Origin: a virus
IMG/VR virus record: IMGVR_UViG_3300014501_000001
Location: 32,001-96,000 of that record
Length of the DNA: 64,000 nt
Direction: 5' to 3' (one strand)
In this document: positions 17,760-28,000 of the stretch, piece after piece
Layout of the letters: the number at the start of each line of letters is the position of its first letter
Numbering within the stretch: position 1 is the first letter of the stretch
The notes under the pieces: model-generated
The model's database searches: none
What the model saw: only the letters and a program-made list of their open reading frames with translations
What the model was told of the DNA's origin: nothing
Made by a program: the position numbers and the translations under genes

Positions 17760-19748
17760 GTGAGCACCCCGTATGCGGCGAGCATCATCGTTTCCCCTGC
17801 AGGGAACGGGCAGGCCGGGGTAACCATCTCACCAGGAGGACTGCCAGGGCCGTCAGCGCCGGGTACGTACTACCTGGATTCCTACACCGGATCCGATGAC
17901 GCGAAGATGACGGCGGCCCTGACCGCCCTGTTCGCCGCCACCCCGGCGGGCGGGACGATCATCCTCGCGCCGCGTGCCTACAGCTGCTCGCTCCAGTCGT
18001 GGGCGACGGCCTACAGCGCGGGCGTTGCCACGGCGGTGAAAATCCAGGGCGCCGGCGCGGGCTTCAACGGGGCGTGGGGCGCCCCGGAGGGTGCCACGAC
18101 CGTCACGTTCACCTACTCCGGCAGCGGCGCCGCGATGATGGATTTCCAGCACATCGGCACTATCGAGATATGCGGGATCCAGTTCATCCAGGCGAACACC
18201 GGTAAGCCGTTTTTGCTGACCACGAACGCGACGCCGAACCTGCACGACAACGTGTGGTCCGGCGGCGGCACCGGGGTCACCTGCGCGACGGACGCGATCG
18301 TGCTCGGCGGTACCGGGACCACGGTCGGCTCCGGCGACACCGCCCCGTACCAGGGCTATCAGGGCGACATCTACCGCAACTTCTTCGACGGCATCCGCCG
18401 CCCGGTGCTGTTCCAGGAGTACGCGAACTCCGTCCAGGTCCACGGCAACACCATCTCGCTGACCTGCGGCAGCAACCTCTACCAGGGCTCCGCGTTCGAG
18501 ATGCTGGGGTCGGGCAGCGGCTCCTGCTCGGGCAACGCGGTGTACGGCAACTGCATCGAGTGCACGCACTATTCGTTTGCCGTCCGGGCGCAGTATGCCG
18601 TGGGCAACACGCTCGGCCCGAACGGGCTGTTCGACATGTCAACCCCGTGGATCGCCGGCTACTACCTGGGGCCGAACGCGGGCTCTAACGAGGTCATCGA
18701 CGGGGAGCGCACTACGGTCAGTGCCCCGCTGTGCTGGGACCTGAGTCCCGGCTCGAACAACCGGCAGCGGAACGCGGCGCGCGGCTCCGGGCAGTACGAG
18801 CGCTTCAGTACCCCGGTGGGCTTCTACGGCACGGCAGGACCGCCGCAGAGCTTCTACTTCGGCCAGGGCGTCATCGGGGTCGAGAAGACCGGCAACCAGG
18901 CTTACTGGGAGACCCTGCCGGGAGTCAATCCGTACCCGCAGGTGGCGCTGTTCACGATCGCCGCCACCCAGTTCACTGACGGTAACCTGGTCAGCGGCTC
19001 GCAGTGGGTCACCAGCCTGACCGCCGCTTTCGCCCTCGCCGACGTGGGCCAGGCCATCGGCGCGACCGGGATCCCGTCGCAGACCCAGATCATGCTGACG
19101 GTCACCGCGACCACCGCATTCCCGTGGCAGGCGTCCCGCGCCTACGCGGCCGGGGACGTGATCCGGCCGGCCAGCGCGAACGCTCACCTGTACCAGTGCG
19201 CCGTCGCCGGGACCACTGCTGCCAGCCAGCCCGTGTTCCCCGTCAACGGCAGCACGGTCACTGACGGCGGCGTGACCTGGCAGGATCTCGGCACCTCGGC
19301 CGCCTGCTGCATCAGCAACCCGGCGACCGCGACCGCTAGCGGCGTCACGATCGGCATCTCCCGGGCAGCCGGGACCAGTACCGAGGTCATCGCGTTCGAG
19401 CGGACCCACATCCGCAGTCAGGGCAGCGCGCCGTCCGGGGCTGCCGGTGCCGGGGCGGGCTCATCGCCGTCCGCGATATCGGCCACGGGCACTGACCTGG
19501 CCTTCACGTTCAGTATCACGACGGGCGGATCCGGGACCGCCGCCGGCGCGATGTTCTCGGTGGCGCCGGCGCTCGGCTGGACGGCGGCGCCGCACTTCAC
19601 CATGACGGCCGGGAACTCCGCGACGGCTTCCCTGATGGCGGGCGGGTTCTGGCTGACGACCACCGGCGGCGGCACCGTGACGGCGAGCTTCGTGAACGCC
19701 CCGGTGATCTCCACCGCCTACGTGTTCGCCTTCACGGCCATCCAGTAG
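17760..19748 (+). CDS. Fibre/spike protein with beta-helix (pectin-lyase-like) and carbohydrate-binding-like segments
   Basis: GGTIIL N-terminal motif, Asn-ladder repeats, WQASRAYAAGDVIRP...TVTDGGVTW module. Confidence 0.65.
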   Translation: MSTPYAASIIVSPAGNGQAGVTISPGGLPGPSAPGTYYLDSYTGSDDAKMTAALTALFAATPAGGTIILAPRAYSCSLQSWATAYSAGVATAVKIQGAGAGFNGAWGAPEGATTVTFTYSGSGAAMMDFQHIGTIEICGIQFIQANTGKPFLLTTNATPNLHDNVWSGGGTGVTCATDAIVLGGTGTTVGSGDTAPYQGYQGDIYRNFFDGIRRPVLFQEYANSVQVHGNTISLTCGSNLYQGSAFEMLGSGSGSCSGNAVYGNCIECTHYSFAVRAQYAVGNTLGPNGLFDMSTPWIAGYYLGPNAGSNEVIDGERTTVSAPLCWDLSPGSNNRQRNAARGSGQYERFSTPVGFYGTAGPPQSFYFGQGVIGVEKTGNQAYWETLPGVNPYPQVALFTIAATQFTDGNLVSGSQWVTSLTAAFALADVGQAIGATGIPSQTQIMLTVTATTAFPWQASRAYAAGDVIRPASANAHLYQCAVAGTTAASQPVFPVNGSTVTDGGVTWQDLGTSAACCISNPATATASGVTIGISRAAGTSTEVIAFERTHIRSQGSAPSGAAGAGAGSSPSAISATGTDLAFTFSITTGGSGTAAGAMFSVAPALGWTAAPHFTMTAGNSATASLMAGGFWLTTTGGGTVTASFVNAPVISTAYVFAFTAIQ

Positions 19749-19756
19749 GGGGGCGC

Positions 19757-20005
19757 ATGGGCACTCTTGTCACAGGCGCCGGGGCGGCAAACACCGTCTG
19801 CGCGGTCCAGCCGGGGATGCACGTGAAGCCTGTTGTCCTGGTGAGCTTCGCGGGCGTGATGGTCACCGCCGGGACCGCTACCACGAGCGCGCCGGGGCTG
19901 GTCACGGGCGCTGGCGCGGCCAACGCGGCCGTCCAGGTCCAGCCCGGCATGAAGGTTCTCCCCGTGATCGTCGTGGATGGCACCGGGGCCTACGTCTACG
20001 CATAG
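19757..20005 (+). CDS. Small virion protein made of two ~30-aa repeats
   Basis: LVTGAGAAN....VQPGM.V.PV..V occurs twice. Confidence 0.65.
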   Translation: MGTLVTGAGAANTVCAVQPGMHVKPVVLVSFAGVMVTAGTATTSAPGLVTGAGAANAAVQVQPGMKVLPVIVVDGTGAYVYA

Positions 20006-20046
20006 CCCCCGGCCCGTCCTGCCCGTTCCCAGATCCACGGAGGTGC

Positions 20047-21633
20047 ATGACAGGGAGCCTTGCCACGGGTGCGGGTGCACCAAATACCGTTGTTGAAATC
20101 CAGCCCGGAATGCTGGTCCAGGCTGTCACATTGGTTGACGAATCGGGCAACCCGGTCACCCCCGGCGGCGGGACCGCGACCGCGCTGGCCACCCTGACGA
20201 CGCCCGTTAACGTCTCGGGTGCGACCGCGCCGACAGCGAATCAGGTCCTGACCGCCGTCAGCGCCTCGGTGGCCACCTGGCAGGCGTCATCCTCGGGGTT
20301 CGCTAACCCGATGACGACCCAGGGTGACCTGATCTACGAGAACGCCACCCCGGCAGCGGCCCGTCTCGCGGGCCCCACGTCGGCGACGAGGCAGTACCTC
20401 CAGTCCACCGGCACCGGGGCAGCGCCGCAGAACCCGGCCTGGGGCACCATCGCCGCCGGCGACGTCCCCACCCTGAACCAAAACACGACGGGCACGGCGC
20501 TCAACGTGACCGGAACCGTCGCTACCACGAACGGCGGCACGGGCGTAGCGGCGGCAAGCGCTGCCGCCGCCTTCAACGCCCTGTCGCCGCTGACGACTGC
20601 CGGTGACACCCTCTACGGCGGCACGTCCGGGGCGGGCACGCGGCTGGCGGGGCCGGCTGCGGCAACGAAGAACTTCCTGACCAGCACGGGAACCGGCTCA
20701 GCGGCGCAGGCGCCAGCGTGGGCAACTATCGTCTCCGGTGACCTCCCCGGTGCCACCACGTCAGCCCAGGGCGCGGTCGTCTTCGACGGGACCGCAGGCG
20801 ATATCCAGCCGGTAGGCACCCAGGCAGCGGGCGCGGTCGGCAAGGCCGCCGACGCGGGCCATGTCCACGGCCCGGCGTTCTTCGCCCAGTACACCGCGAC
20901 GCCGGGCACGCAGCCCACCCTCGCGACGGGAACGTACGAGCTGACAGCCGTGGGCGCCGGCGGCGGCGGTTCCGGCGGAGGCACGTCCTCCAACGCGGCC
21001 ACCCAGTCGGGCGGCGCCGGCGGCGGCTCGGGGGCGACTGCCCGCATGATCGCCGTCCTGGGGTCCGCGACGACGCTGACCGTCACCATCGGGGCGGGCG
21101 GCGGCGGCGGGGCGGGCGGCGCGGCGAATGGCGCCCCCGGCTCGCAGGGCGCTAACGGCGCCAGCACCACCATCACCGGGACCGGTGTTTCCCTTACGGC
21201 TTTCGGCGGGTCGCCGGGGCGCCACGCGACCACCAACTCGGCTGCGGCGGCGAACGGCGGCGGCTGGGGCGGCGGCAGTTACAACACGCAGAACGTGGCC
21301 AATGCGTCGCCGCCTGGCAGCGGCCAGGCGTCGGCGGCAGGCGGCACCTCGGGCGGCGGCGCCCCGGTTGACCTCGCGGGCGGCGGCGGCGGCGCGGGCG
21401 GCTCCGCGAATGCCACGCTCGGCGGCGGCGCCGGCGGTCCCGGGCTGGCGAGCGCCGGCGGCCTGGTCGGCACCGACAACACGTCCGGCACCACGTCAGG
21501 CGGCACGGCTGCCACCGCTACCACGATCGGCGCCGGGGGCGGCGGCGGCGGTGGCGGCGCTAACACGACCGGCACGGGCGGCACTGGCGGTACTGGCGGT
21601 CCCGGCTTCGCGATGATCCGCCGCATAGCCTGA
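20047..21633 (+). CDS. Glycine-rich fibre protein
   Basis: GGAGG RBS; repeated TT.GD..Y...RLAGP modules; Gly-rich C-terminus. Confidence 0.7.
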   Translation: MTGSLATGAGAPNTVVEIQPGMLVQAVTLVDESGNPVTPGGGTATALATLTTPVNVSGATAPTANQVLTAVSASVATWQASSSGFANPMTTQGDLIYENATPAAARLAGPTSATRQYLQSTGTGAAPQNPAWGTIAAGDVPTLNQNTTGTALNVTGTVATTNGGTGVAAASAAAAFNALSPLTTAGDTLYGGTSGAGTRLAGPAAATKNFLTSTGTGSAAQAPAWATIVSGDLPGATTSAQGAVVFDGTAGDIQPVGTQAAGAVGKAADAGHVHGPAFFAQYTATPGTQPTLATGTYELTAVGAGGGGSGGGTSSNAATQSGGAGGGSGATARMIAVLGSATTLTVTIGAGGGGGAGGAANGAPGSQGANGASTTITGTGVSLTAFGGSPGRHATTNSAAAANGGGWGGGSYNTQNVANASPPGSGQASAAGGTSGGGAPVDLAGGGGGAGGSANATLGGGAGGPGLASAGGLVGTDNTSGTTSGGTAATATTIGAGGGGGGGGANTTGTGGTGGTGGPGFAMIRRIA

Positions 21634-21708
21634 CCGCCCTCTTAGCGATCTTCGTTTCTTCCCTTCTGCCGCCACGGCGGTGTACCCGATCTGCATCCAC
21701 GGAGGTGC

Positions 21709-24399
21709 ATGGCAGCCACACTGACCGCCGGCAACGACCTTGCTTTCGCGAGTTTTCCCATCGAAAAGTGGGAGGACGGCCCGGACGGCTCGGTCTACGT
21801 CTACGGGAAGGCATCGACGCCCGAGATCGACACGGACGATCAGGTGGTCTCGCCCGATTTCTCGGGCCCGGCTCTCAAGCAGTGGATGGAAGCGCCCGCG
21901 CTCCGGGTGAACCATCAGGCCCGCCGCGACCCGGCCGGATCGGGCATTCACGTCGAGATTGACCGGGATGGCGACGGCGCCCACTGGGTGAAGTCGATCG
22001 TGGCCGAGAAGGAAGCGGTCCGGCTGGTCAAGGGCGGCCACCTGCGCGCCTACTCCATCGGCATCGCCCGGCCCGTCATCGAGCGCGACATGACCGGGAA
22101 GGCGCGCGGCGGCATCATCACGGGCGGCGTCATCGCCGAGGTCAGCCTGGTCGATTCGCCCGCGAACAGGTCATGTTTCCTAGAACTGGTCAAAGCGGAC
22201 AAGAACGGCGACGCGCAGTGGTCCGGCAAGGTGTTCGGCGCTGACGACTTCCTCGCCAAGGACGCCGCCCCGGACCTGATCAAGGGCACCGTCTCCTTCT
22301 CCCCTGATGACCTCGCCAAGCTTCTCCAGCACCGCAAGGTCGCCGAGGAGCGCGAAGCGGAAGTCACCAAGGCGGCGGCGGGAGCCGACGAGGCCGGCGG
22401 CGACAACGCTGCGGCTGACCAGGAGGACGAGTCCGGCAACGCCGACATGGAGAACGCCGACGACACGGACGCGCCGAAGGCAGCGGAGCCGGACGCGGCA
22501 GAGGTTGCCGTGGCCGATGCGGTGAAGGCGGTAGAGGTCGCCGTCTACAAGCGGGACGTCTCCGCAGCGGAGCGCAAGGAACTCGCCGGCAAGGGCCACG
22601 CGCTCAAGGACGGTTCCTACCCGATCGCCAACGCCGAGGATCTGGGCAACGCGGCGATCCTGGCCCGCTCCGGTCACGGTGACGTGGCAGCCGCGAAGGC
22701 GCTGATCGCCAAGCGCGCGAGTGAACTGGGCGTGGCCAACCCGCTCGACGACGACGCGGAGAAGGCCGCCACGGCCGATGACGCGCCCGCCGTTCCTGTC
22801 GCTGACAAGGCCGCGAAGCCGAAGATGGCGTGCCCGTCGTGCGGCAAGAAGTCCGGGGCGAAGAACCCGTTCTGCTTCAAGTGCGGCAAGAAGATGACCC
22901 CGGACACCGATGACAAGGCCGACAAGGCCGCATCCCCGACGCCCGCCGATGGCGTGAAGGACGCGCCGCCGGCCGAGCCCGTCACCCCGCACCGGGAGCC
23001 TGACGGGGTGGCGATGGAACAGCTCGAGGACGACGCGCACCTGGAGGGCGGCAACCCGGACGAGGGCGGCGAGCGCGCGGCCGAGGCCGCCGTAGCGCCT
23101 CCCGCAGCCGAGGACGCCCAGGTGGGCAAGACGGCCGGCTCCGAGGCCGCGTCGTGGCGGATCAGGGAGGCCGGCGCCTCGTGGGGCGAGGGGATCCTGC
23201 ATGATTTCCTGTGCCCCGCGTTCTCCCCGGACGCGACCGCGAAGTCCTACCCCGGCCAGACCCTCGCCGCCGTCGCGGACCCGGCGGAATGGCAGTCGAA
23301 GGCACTGTCGGCCGCGATCGACGCCCCGATCCCGGAGGCGGGCAAGGCGCAGCGCCGCTGGCAGGATGCCCTGACCATCGCCGGCACGGACGCCGAGACG
23401 GTCACGGGCCTGCGCTGGGAGGCGCACAAGGCGTTCGCCGACGCGAACCCCGGCCCCTCCGCGTACCCGACTCCGGGCGAGTTGCGCCCGCAGTCGTTCC
23501 GGCGCCCGATCCTCACTGACGGGCAGTCCCCGAGCCCGGCGGCGTCCGGCGCCAGCCCGTCGCACATCACGGCCGATCACATCTCGGCTACGGACTTCAC
23601 CCGCGGCCCGCTCACCGGAGGCCAGGAAGCCTCCAGCGAGCCAGAGGGAGACAACGGCTCCCAGGGCGTCCCGTCAGTGCCGGGGAAGCCGCAGCGGACC
23701 TTCTACCGCAACACGAGCCGCGACGGCGCCAGGGCCGCGATGGCGTCCATGCACGACCACATCGCGGGAACGTTCCCCGACCTGTGCCCCATGCACGGGC
23801 CCGGGATGGGCGGCCAGCCGCCGGCGGGCGCGCGTCCCGTCCCGGTGCCGGGAACCCGGAAGGCAGAGGACGAGCCGGAGGTTGTCAAGGCAGCGGCGCC
23901 GGCAGGCAAGCCGGCCAAGGTGGCGTGCCCGTGCGGCAAGAAGGCCCGTCCCGGCAAGTTCTGCCCCGGCTGCGGCGAGAAGATGCCGATGAAGGGCGGC
24001 ATGGCTGCCAAGGCAGCGGACCCGCTGCCCGCCGTCGCCGCGCTCCCGGTCCCGTCGCTGGACGCCGCGGCGCTCCAGGCAGCCGTCGAGAAGGCCATCG
24101 CCCCTCTCGCCGCCAGGCTTGAGCAGCAGGGCGATCTCATCGACCAGATGGCCTCTGCCCCTGACCCCCGCTATGCCCCGTTCAAGGCCGTGGCTGCCGG
24201 CGGGGTGCTCCCGAAGGCCCTCCAGCCGGCCCCGGCGGTACCTGAGCGGAGCGCCGTGGAGAAGGCAGCCAGCAACGTGCAGGAAACCCTCCTGCGCGAC
24301 CTCCAGTACCAGGCCCGCAACGACCCGGACCCCGGCAGGCGGGAAGTCGCCTGGCAGGAGCTGACCAGGCTGCTGAACGTCGCGGGCGGCACGCGGTAG
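21709..24399 (+). CDS. Prohead protease/scaffold fusion with Zn-ribbon inserts
   Basis: HK97-type protease motifs VYGKAS, AYSIG, EVSLVDSPAN; acidic Ala-rich scaffold; GSYPI small domain. Confidence 0.85.
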   Translation: MAATLTAGNDLAFASFPIEKWEDGPDGSVYVYGKASTPEIDTDDQVVSPDFSGPALKQWMEAPALRVNHQARRDPAGSGIHVEIDRDGDGAHWVKSIVAEKEAVRLVKGGHLRAYSIGIARPVIERDMTGKARGGIITGGVIAEVSLVDSPANRSCFLELVKADKNGDAQWSGKVFGADDFLAKDAAPDLIKGTVSFSPDDLAKLLQHRKVAEEREAEVTKAAAGADEAGGDNAAADQEDESGNADMENADDTDAPKAAEPDAAEVAVADAVKAVEVAVYKRDVSAAERKELAGKGHALKDGSYPIANAEDLGNAAILARSGHGDVAAAKALIAKRASELGVANPLDDDAEKAATADDAPAVPVADKAAKPKMACPSCGKKSGAKNPFCFKCGKKMTPDTDDKADKAASPTPADGVKDAPPAEPVTPHREPDGVAMEQLEDDAHLEGGNPDEGGERAAEAAVAPPAAEDAQVGKTAGSEAASWRIREAGASWGEGILHDFLCPAFSPDATAKSYPGQTLAAVADPAEWQSKALSAAIDAPIPEAGKAQRRWQDALTIAGTDAETVTGLRWEAHKAFADANPGPSAYPTPGELRPQSFRRPILTDGQSPSPAASGASPSHITADHISATDFTRGPLTGGQEASSEPEGDNGSQGVPSVPGKPQRTFYRNTSRDGARAAMASMHDHIAGTFPDLCPMHGPGMGGQPPAGARPVPVPGTRKAEDEPEVVKAAAPAGKPAKVACPCGKKARPGKFCPGCGEKMPMKGGMAAKAADPLPAVAALPVPSLDAAALQAAVEKAIAPLAARLEQQGDLIDQMASAPDPRYAPFKAVAAGGVLPKALQPAPAVPERSAVEKAASNVQETLLRDLQYQARNDPDPGRREVAWQELTRLLNVAGGTR

Positions 24400-24420
24400 G
24401 CAATCACCAAAGGAGGAAGC

Positions 24421-24660
24421 GTGATGACCATTCTCGATGGCGCCGAGTCGCCCCCGCGCGCCTGGAAGATCGGCCGCTACACGTTCCAGCACGAGGTCTA
24501 CCCTCCCGGCGCTCCCCGGCGCTCCTGGTCCTGCGGCGTCCGGTACGGCCCGGCGGGGCCTGTTGGCGCGGGCGGTCGCAAGTCGCCGCTCTCGGCGCTT
24601 CTTGCCGCTCGCCGCTTCGAGCGCGAATGCGTTGCCGCCACGGCGGCCGGTCATGCGTGA
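24421..24660 (+). CDS. Small hypothetical protein
   Basis: AAGGAGG RBS. Confidence 0.5.
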   Translation: MMTILDGAESPPRAWKIGRYTFQHEVYPPGAPRRSWSCGVRYGPAGPVGAGGRKSPLSALLAARRFERECVAATAAGHA

Positions 24661-24955
24661 GGGATGGCGCTGCCCGGCGTGCTCGCGGATCAACTCGCCG
24701 GACCTGGACTGGTGCCCGTGCTCGGGCGGCAGCGCAGGCGTGATGGCCCCCGCAACGCCCGTCTACCCGGGCACGTCAGGCGGCACGACGACCTTCACGT
24801 CCGGCGGGGCAGGCGGTTCCGGCGGCGGCGGCGTGCCGGGCATTACCGTCACCTACCACGTGGCCGGCAGCGTAGTCACCGAGCAGGAACTAGCCCGCCA
24901 GATCCGCAAGAGCGCGCTGGCGCGGACCCTGCGCAACACGGGCCGCGCAGCCTGA
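24653..24955 (+). CDS. Zn-finger protein with a tape-measure-like C-terminal peptide
   Basis: GWRCPAC...CPC; HVAGSVVTEQELAR. Confidence 0.6.
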   Translation: MREGWRCPACSRINSPDLDWCPCSGGSAGVMAPATPVYPGTSGGTTTFTSGGAGGSGGGGVPGITVTYHVAGSVVTEQELARQIRKSALARTLRNTGRAA

Positions 24956-25073
24956 CCCGCAAACGTCCCTTTCAGCGGTGCTGAGAGGTAACGACTGCCC
25001 GAGCGCGGCGCGCACGGGCCAGACCCCATAGGAGACAACAAGAACGCAACTACCAGCACCCAATAAGGAGTGC

Positions 25074-28000
25074 ATGGCGGACATTCTCGAAGCAACGATC
25101 GCCCCGGCTGACCAGCTCAGCCCCACGGGCGCAGAGGTCGCCGGCAACGTCGCGCAGTTCTCCCGCACGGGGGAAATGCTGAAGGCCCGGCTCCCGAACC
25201 TCGTCAAGGGAGCAGGCTACGCCGGGACCGGCAACGCCCCCCTCACCGACGAGATCCAGATCATGACCAAGGCATCCCAGGCCGCTATCGACCTGCGGCA
25301 GGCAACCTGGGACGGCATCACCGACAAGCCGGCCGTGGTCAAGGGCATGAACCAGGGGTTCCTGAACCAGTTCGGGTACCTGAAGACGGCCCTGACGGCC
25401 CCGTCGCTGATGGACACCCTCGCGGGTGTCTTCGGGCAGATGCCCGGCGGCAGCGAGGCGTTCAAGAATTTCACGGCCGGCAATCTCGGGGTGGGGTCGG
25501 TGTACGGTTTGGTGCCGTTTGACCTCATGCGACCGAGTCGTCTGATCTACCCGGTATATACCGTTTTCCGCAACAAATTCCCACGGCCCCAGGGCCAGGG
25601 CACGAGCGCGCAGGAACGGGTCATCACCGGCATCTCTGGCAGCCAGACCGGCGGCCAGGGTGTCCTCGACGTGTCCATCACCGAGCTGGTTCAGAGCGGC
25701 GGTACGTTCTCGAACTGGCCCCTCAACCTGCCGCCTTCGGGCTCGCAGACTGAGGTCTTCCTCAATGTGCCTTGCATCCTGTAGGGCCGCCGCGCCGCGA
25801 GGCGCACGCGATAACCGCGAGAATTGCTGGAAAGCCCGTACCACATGCACATGCCACAACGTGGGGCGAAAGCCCGAGCGTGATGGCCTGAAAAATGTGC
25901 ATTAGGGGTAATCAGCAGCCGAGCCCGCCTGGACCGCGACACGCGGCACCGACGGGATGGTTCAGAGACTATGCACGCGGGTTCTGGTAATCTTTAACGA
26001 TGGAGATTAATAACGATGACTGGCAGATAATGGCCGGTCAGGAGCGGGAAGAGTTCATTCGGCGCTACGTGGCTGGCGAGGCCCTGACATCCCTCGCCAG
26101 GGAGTATCACCACGGGCCTGCCACGCTGAGGGCAATCCTCGTCAGCGTGGGGGTGCCAGTCCGGACAAGGCCCGGATACGCCAAGGGCAGGAAGTGGTCA
26201 GAAGCGCAGCGTGAAGCTCACAGGCGCACAACTAGCACCCCTGAGCACAGGCAGAAGATGCGCGCGATCATGCTGAAACGCCTCCCGGTCATGCGCGGAG
26301 CGGCGACGAACTCTCCGATCGAGCGCCGGATGCAAGATGCGCTCATGGCGGTCGGCATCGGCTTCACAACGCAGTCTGTCCTGCTGGACCGCTACCTGGT
26401 GGACATCGAGATCCACCAGGCACCCATCGTGATTGAGGCTGACGGCGCGCAGCACACACTGCGCATCCAGAAGGCCAAGGACGCCGAGCGCGACACGGCT
26501 CTCACTGCCGCCGGGTACCGGGTTTTCCGGTTCACGGGCAGCGAGATCAATGCCGACGCCGTGCTGTGTGTCCGGCGTGTTATCGACGCTTGCTTCCTGG
26601 TTCCCGACCAGGAGCCCATCTATGAAATCCGCACGGCTTTCACTGGCGAACTCCACCCGCTCTGGAAGGGCGGCAAGCGGGAGTTCACCTGCGAGATCTG
26701 CGGGGTCGTGTTCATGGCTCAGCCTGCGCACCGCAAGGGGCCGCACATCTACTGCAGCATGCAGTGCAATGGTGCAGCCAAGCGCGGCAAGACGGCGAGT
26801 GCTGAGACCCGTGCCAAGATCAGCGCCGCGAATAGGGGCAAGGAGCGCAAGCCCCCGCCACCGTTCACGGCCGAGCATCGCGCCAAGATCAGCGCAGGGC
26901 TTAAGGGCAGGCCAAAGACTGCGGAGCACGCCGCCAAGGTTGGTGCAGCGCAGGCTGGCAGGCCAAAGTCCGCCGAGACTCGGGCAAAGATCAGCGAAAC
27001 GCTCAAGCGTCGAAACGCAAACCAGAACAAGATAGAGTCCGCTCTGCATGGAGACATGCAGAGGCCGGCAGAAATGACCGGCCCCGCCACCCTGTTCTGA
27101 GGGCGGCGAGTAACAACAGGTACCGTTTCTTCGGCATCAGCGAGCAGCTTTCCTGGCTCGCGCAGTTCGCAGGACAGGGTCAACTTAGAGGCCCCCTCGC
27201 AGGGTGACCTGCGAGTTCACTCGGCACCGTAACGGTGAACCCCGCCAAGCCAAGGGGAATACCGTGGAAACCTCGCACTACAGGGTTCCGTAGAGAGCAA
27301 GCGTGCCGCGCCTGTGTCATGGGACCTGCCCCGAGTGCATCAGGGGCAGCGGACCGCAGGCGAAGTTGTGCTCCGGGCTCGCGCGATGGAAAAGCGCGAG
27401 AGGCGTCCAGAAATGAGGCGCCCGGCCGTCCCCAGTGGCGGCAGGTAACAGTTCGTTCGAGGACATTGCCGGCCTGGCCAACCTGATCATGCTTCAGGAG
27501 GCCATGCTCGGAGAGGAATATCAGTTCATAGCGGGCACTTCCGCTCCGCTGGCCGTTCCCGCAGCACCGACCTGCACTGTCCGCACCGCCGGCTCCAATG
27601 AGACGGCGCTCAACACGAACATCACCGCGGTCAAGGTGGCCGCGACCAACTACTTCGGCTCGACCGCCGTCTCGGCGGCCTCGTCCACGTTCGCCGTGGC
27701 GTCCGGCCAGGTCGTGGATGTCACGATCGCCCCGGTCGCGGGCACGATGACCTACTCGATCTACGCCTTCACGTCCGGTTCCAGCTACTACCTGCTGGCA
27801 TCGGGCGTCGGCGGCCAGAAGTACACCCTGCAGGGCTTCTCGTCCCTGCCGACCGCCGTCGTCCCCCCGGCTGCCGACACCGGCACCGGGAAGAACACCC
27901 GGATGGAAGGCGTCATCCCGACGCTCACCGGGGCGTCGGCCGCTGCGGGGGTCTACCCCAGCGGCTGGCAGGGCGGCTACGTCAACCAGTCCGTGGGAAC

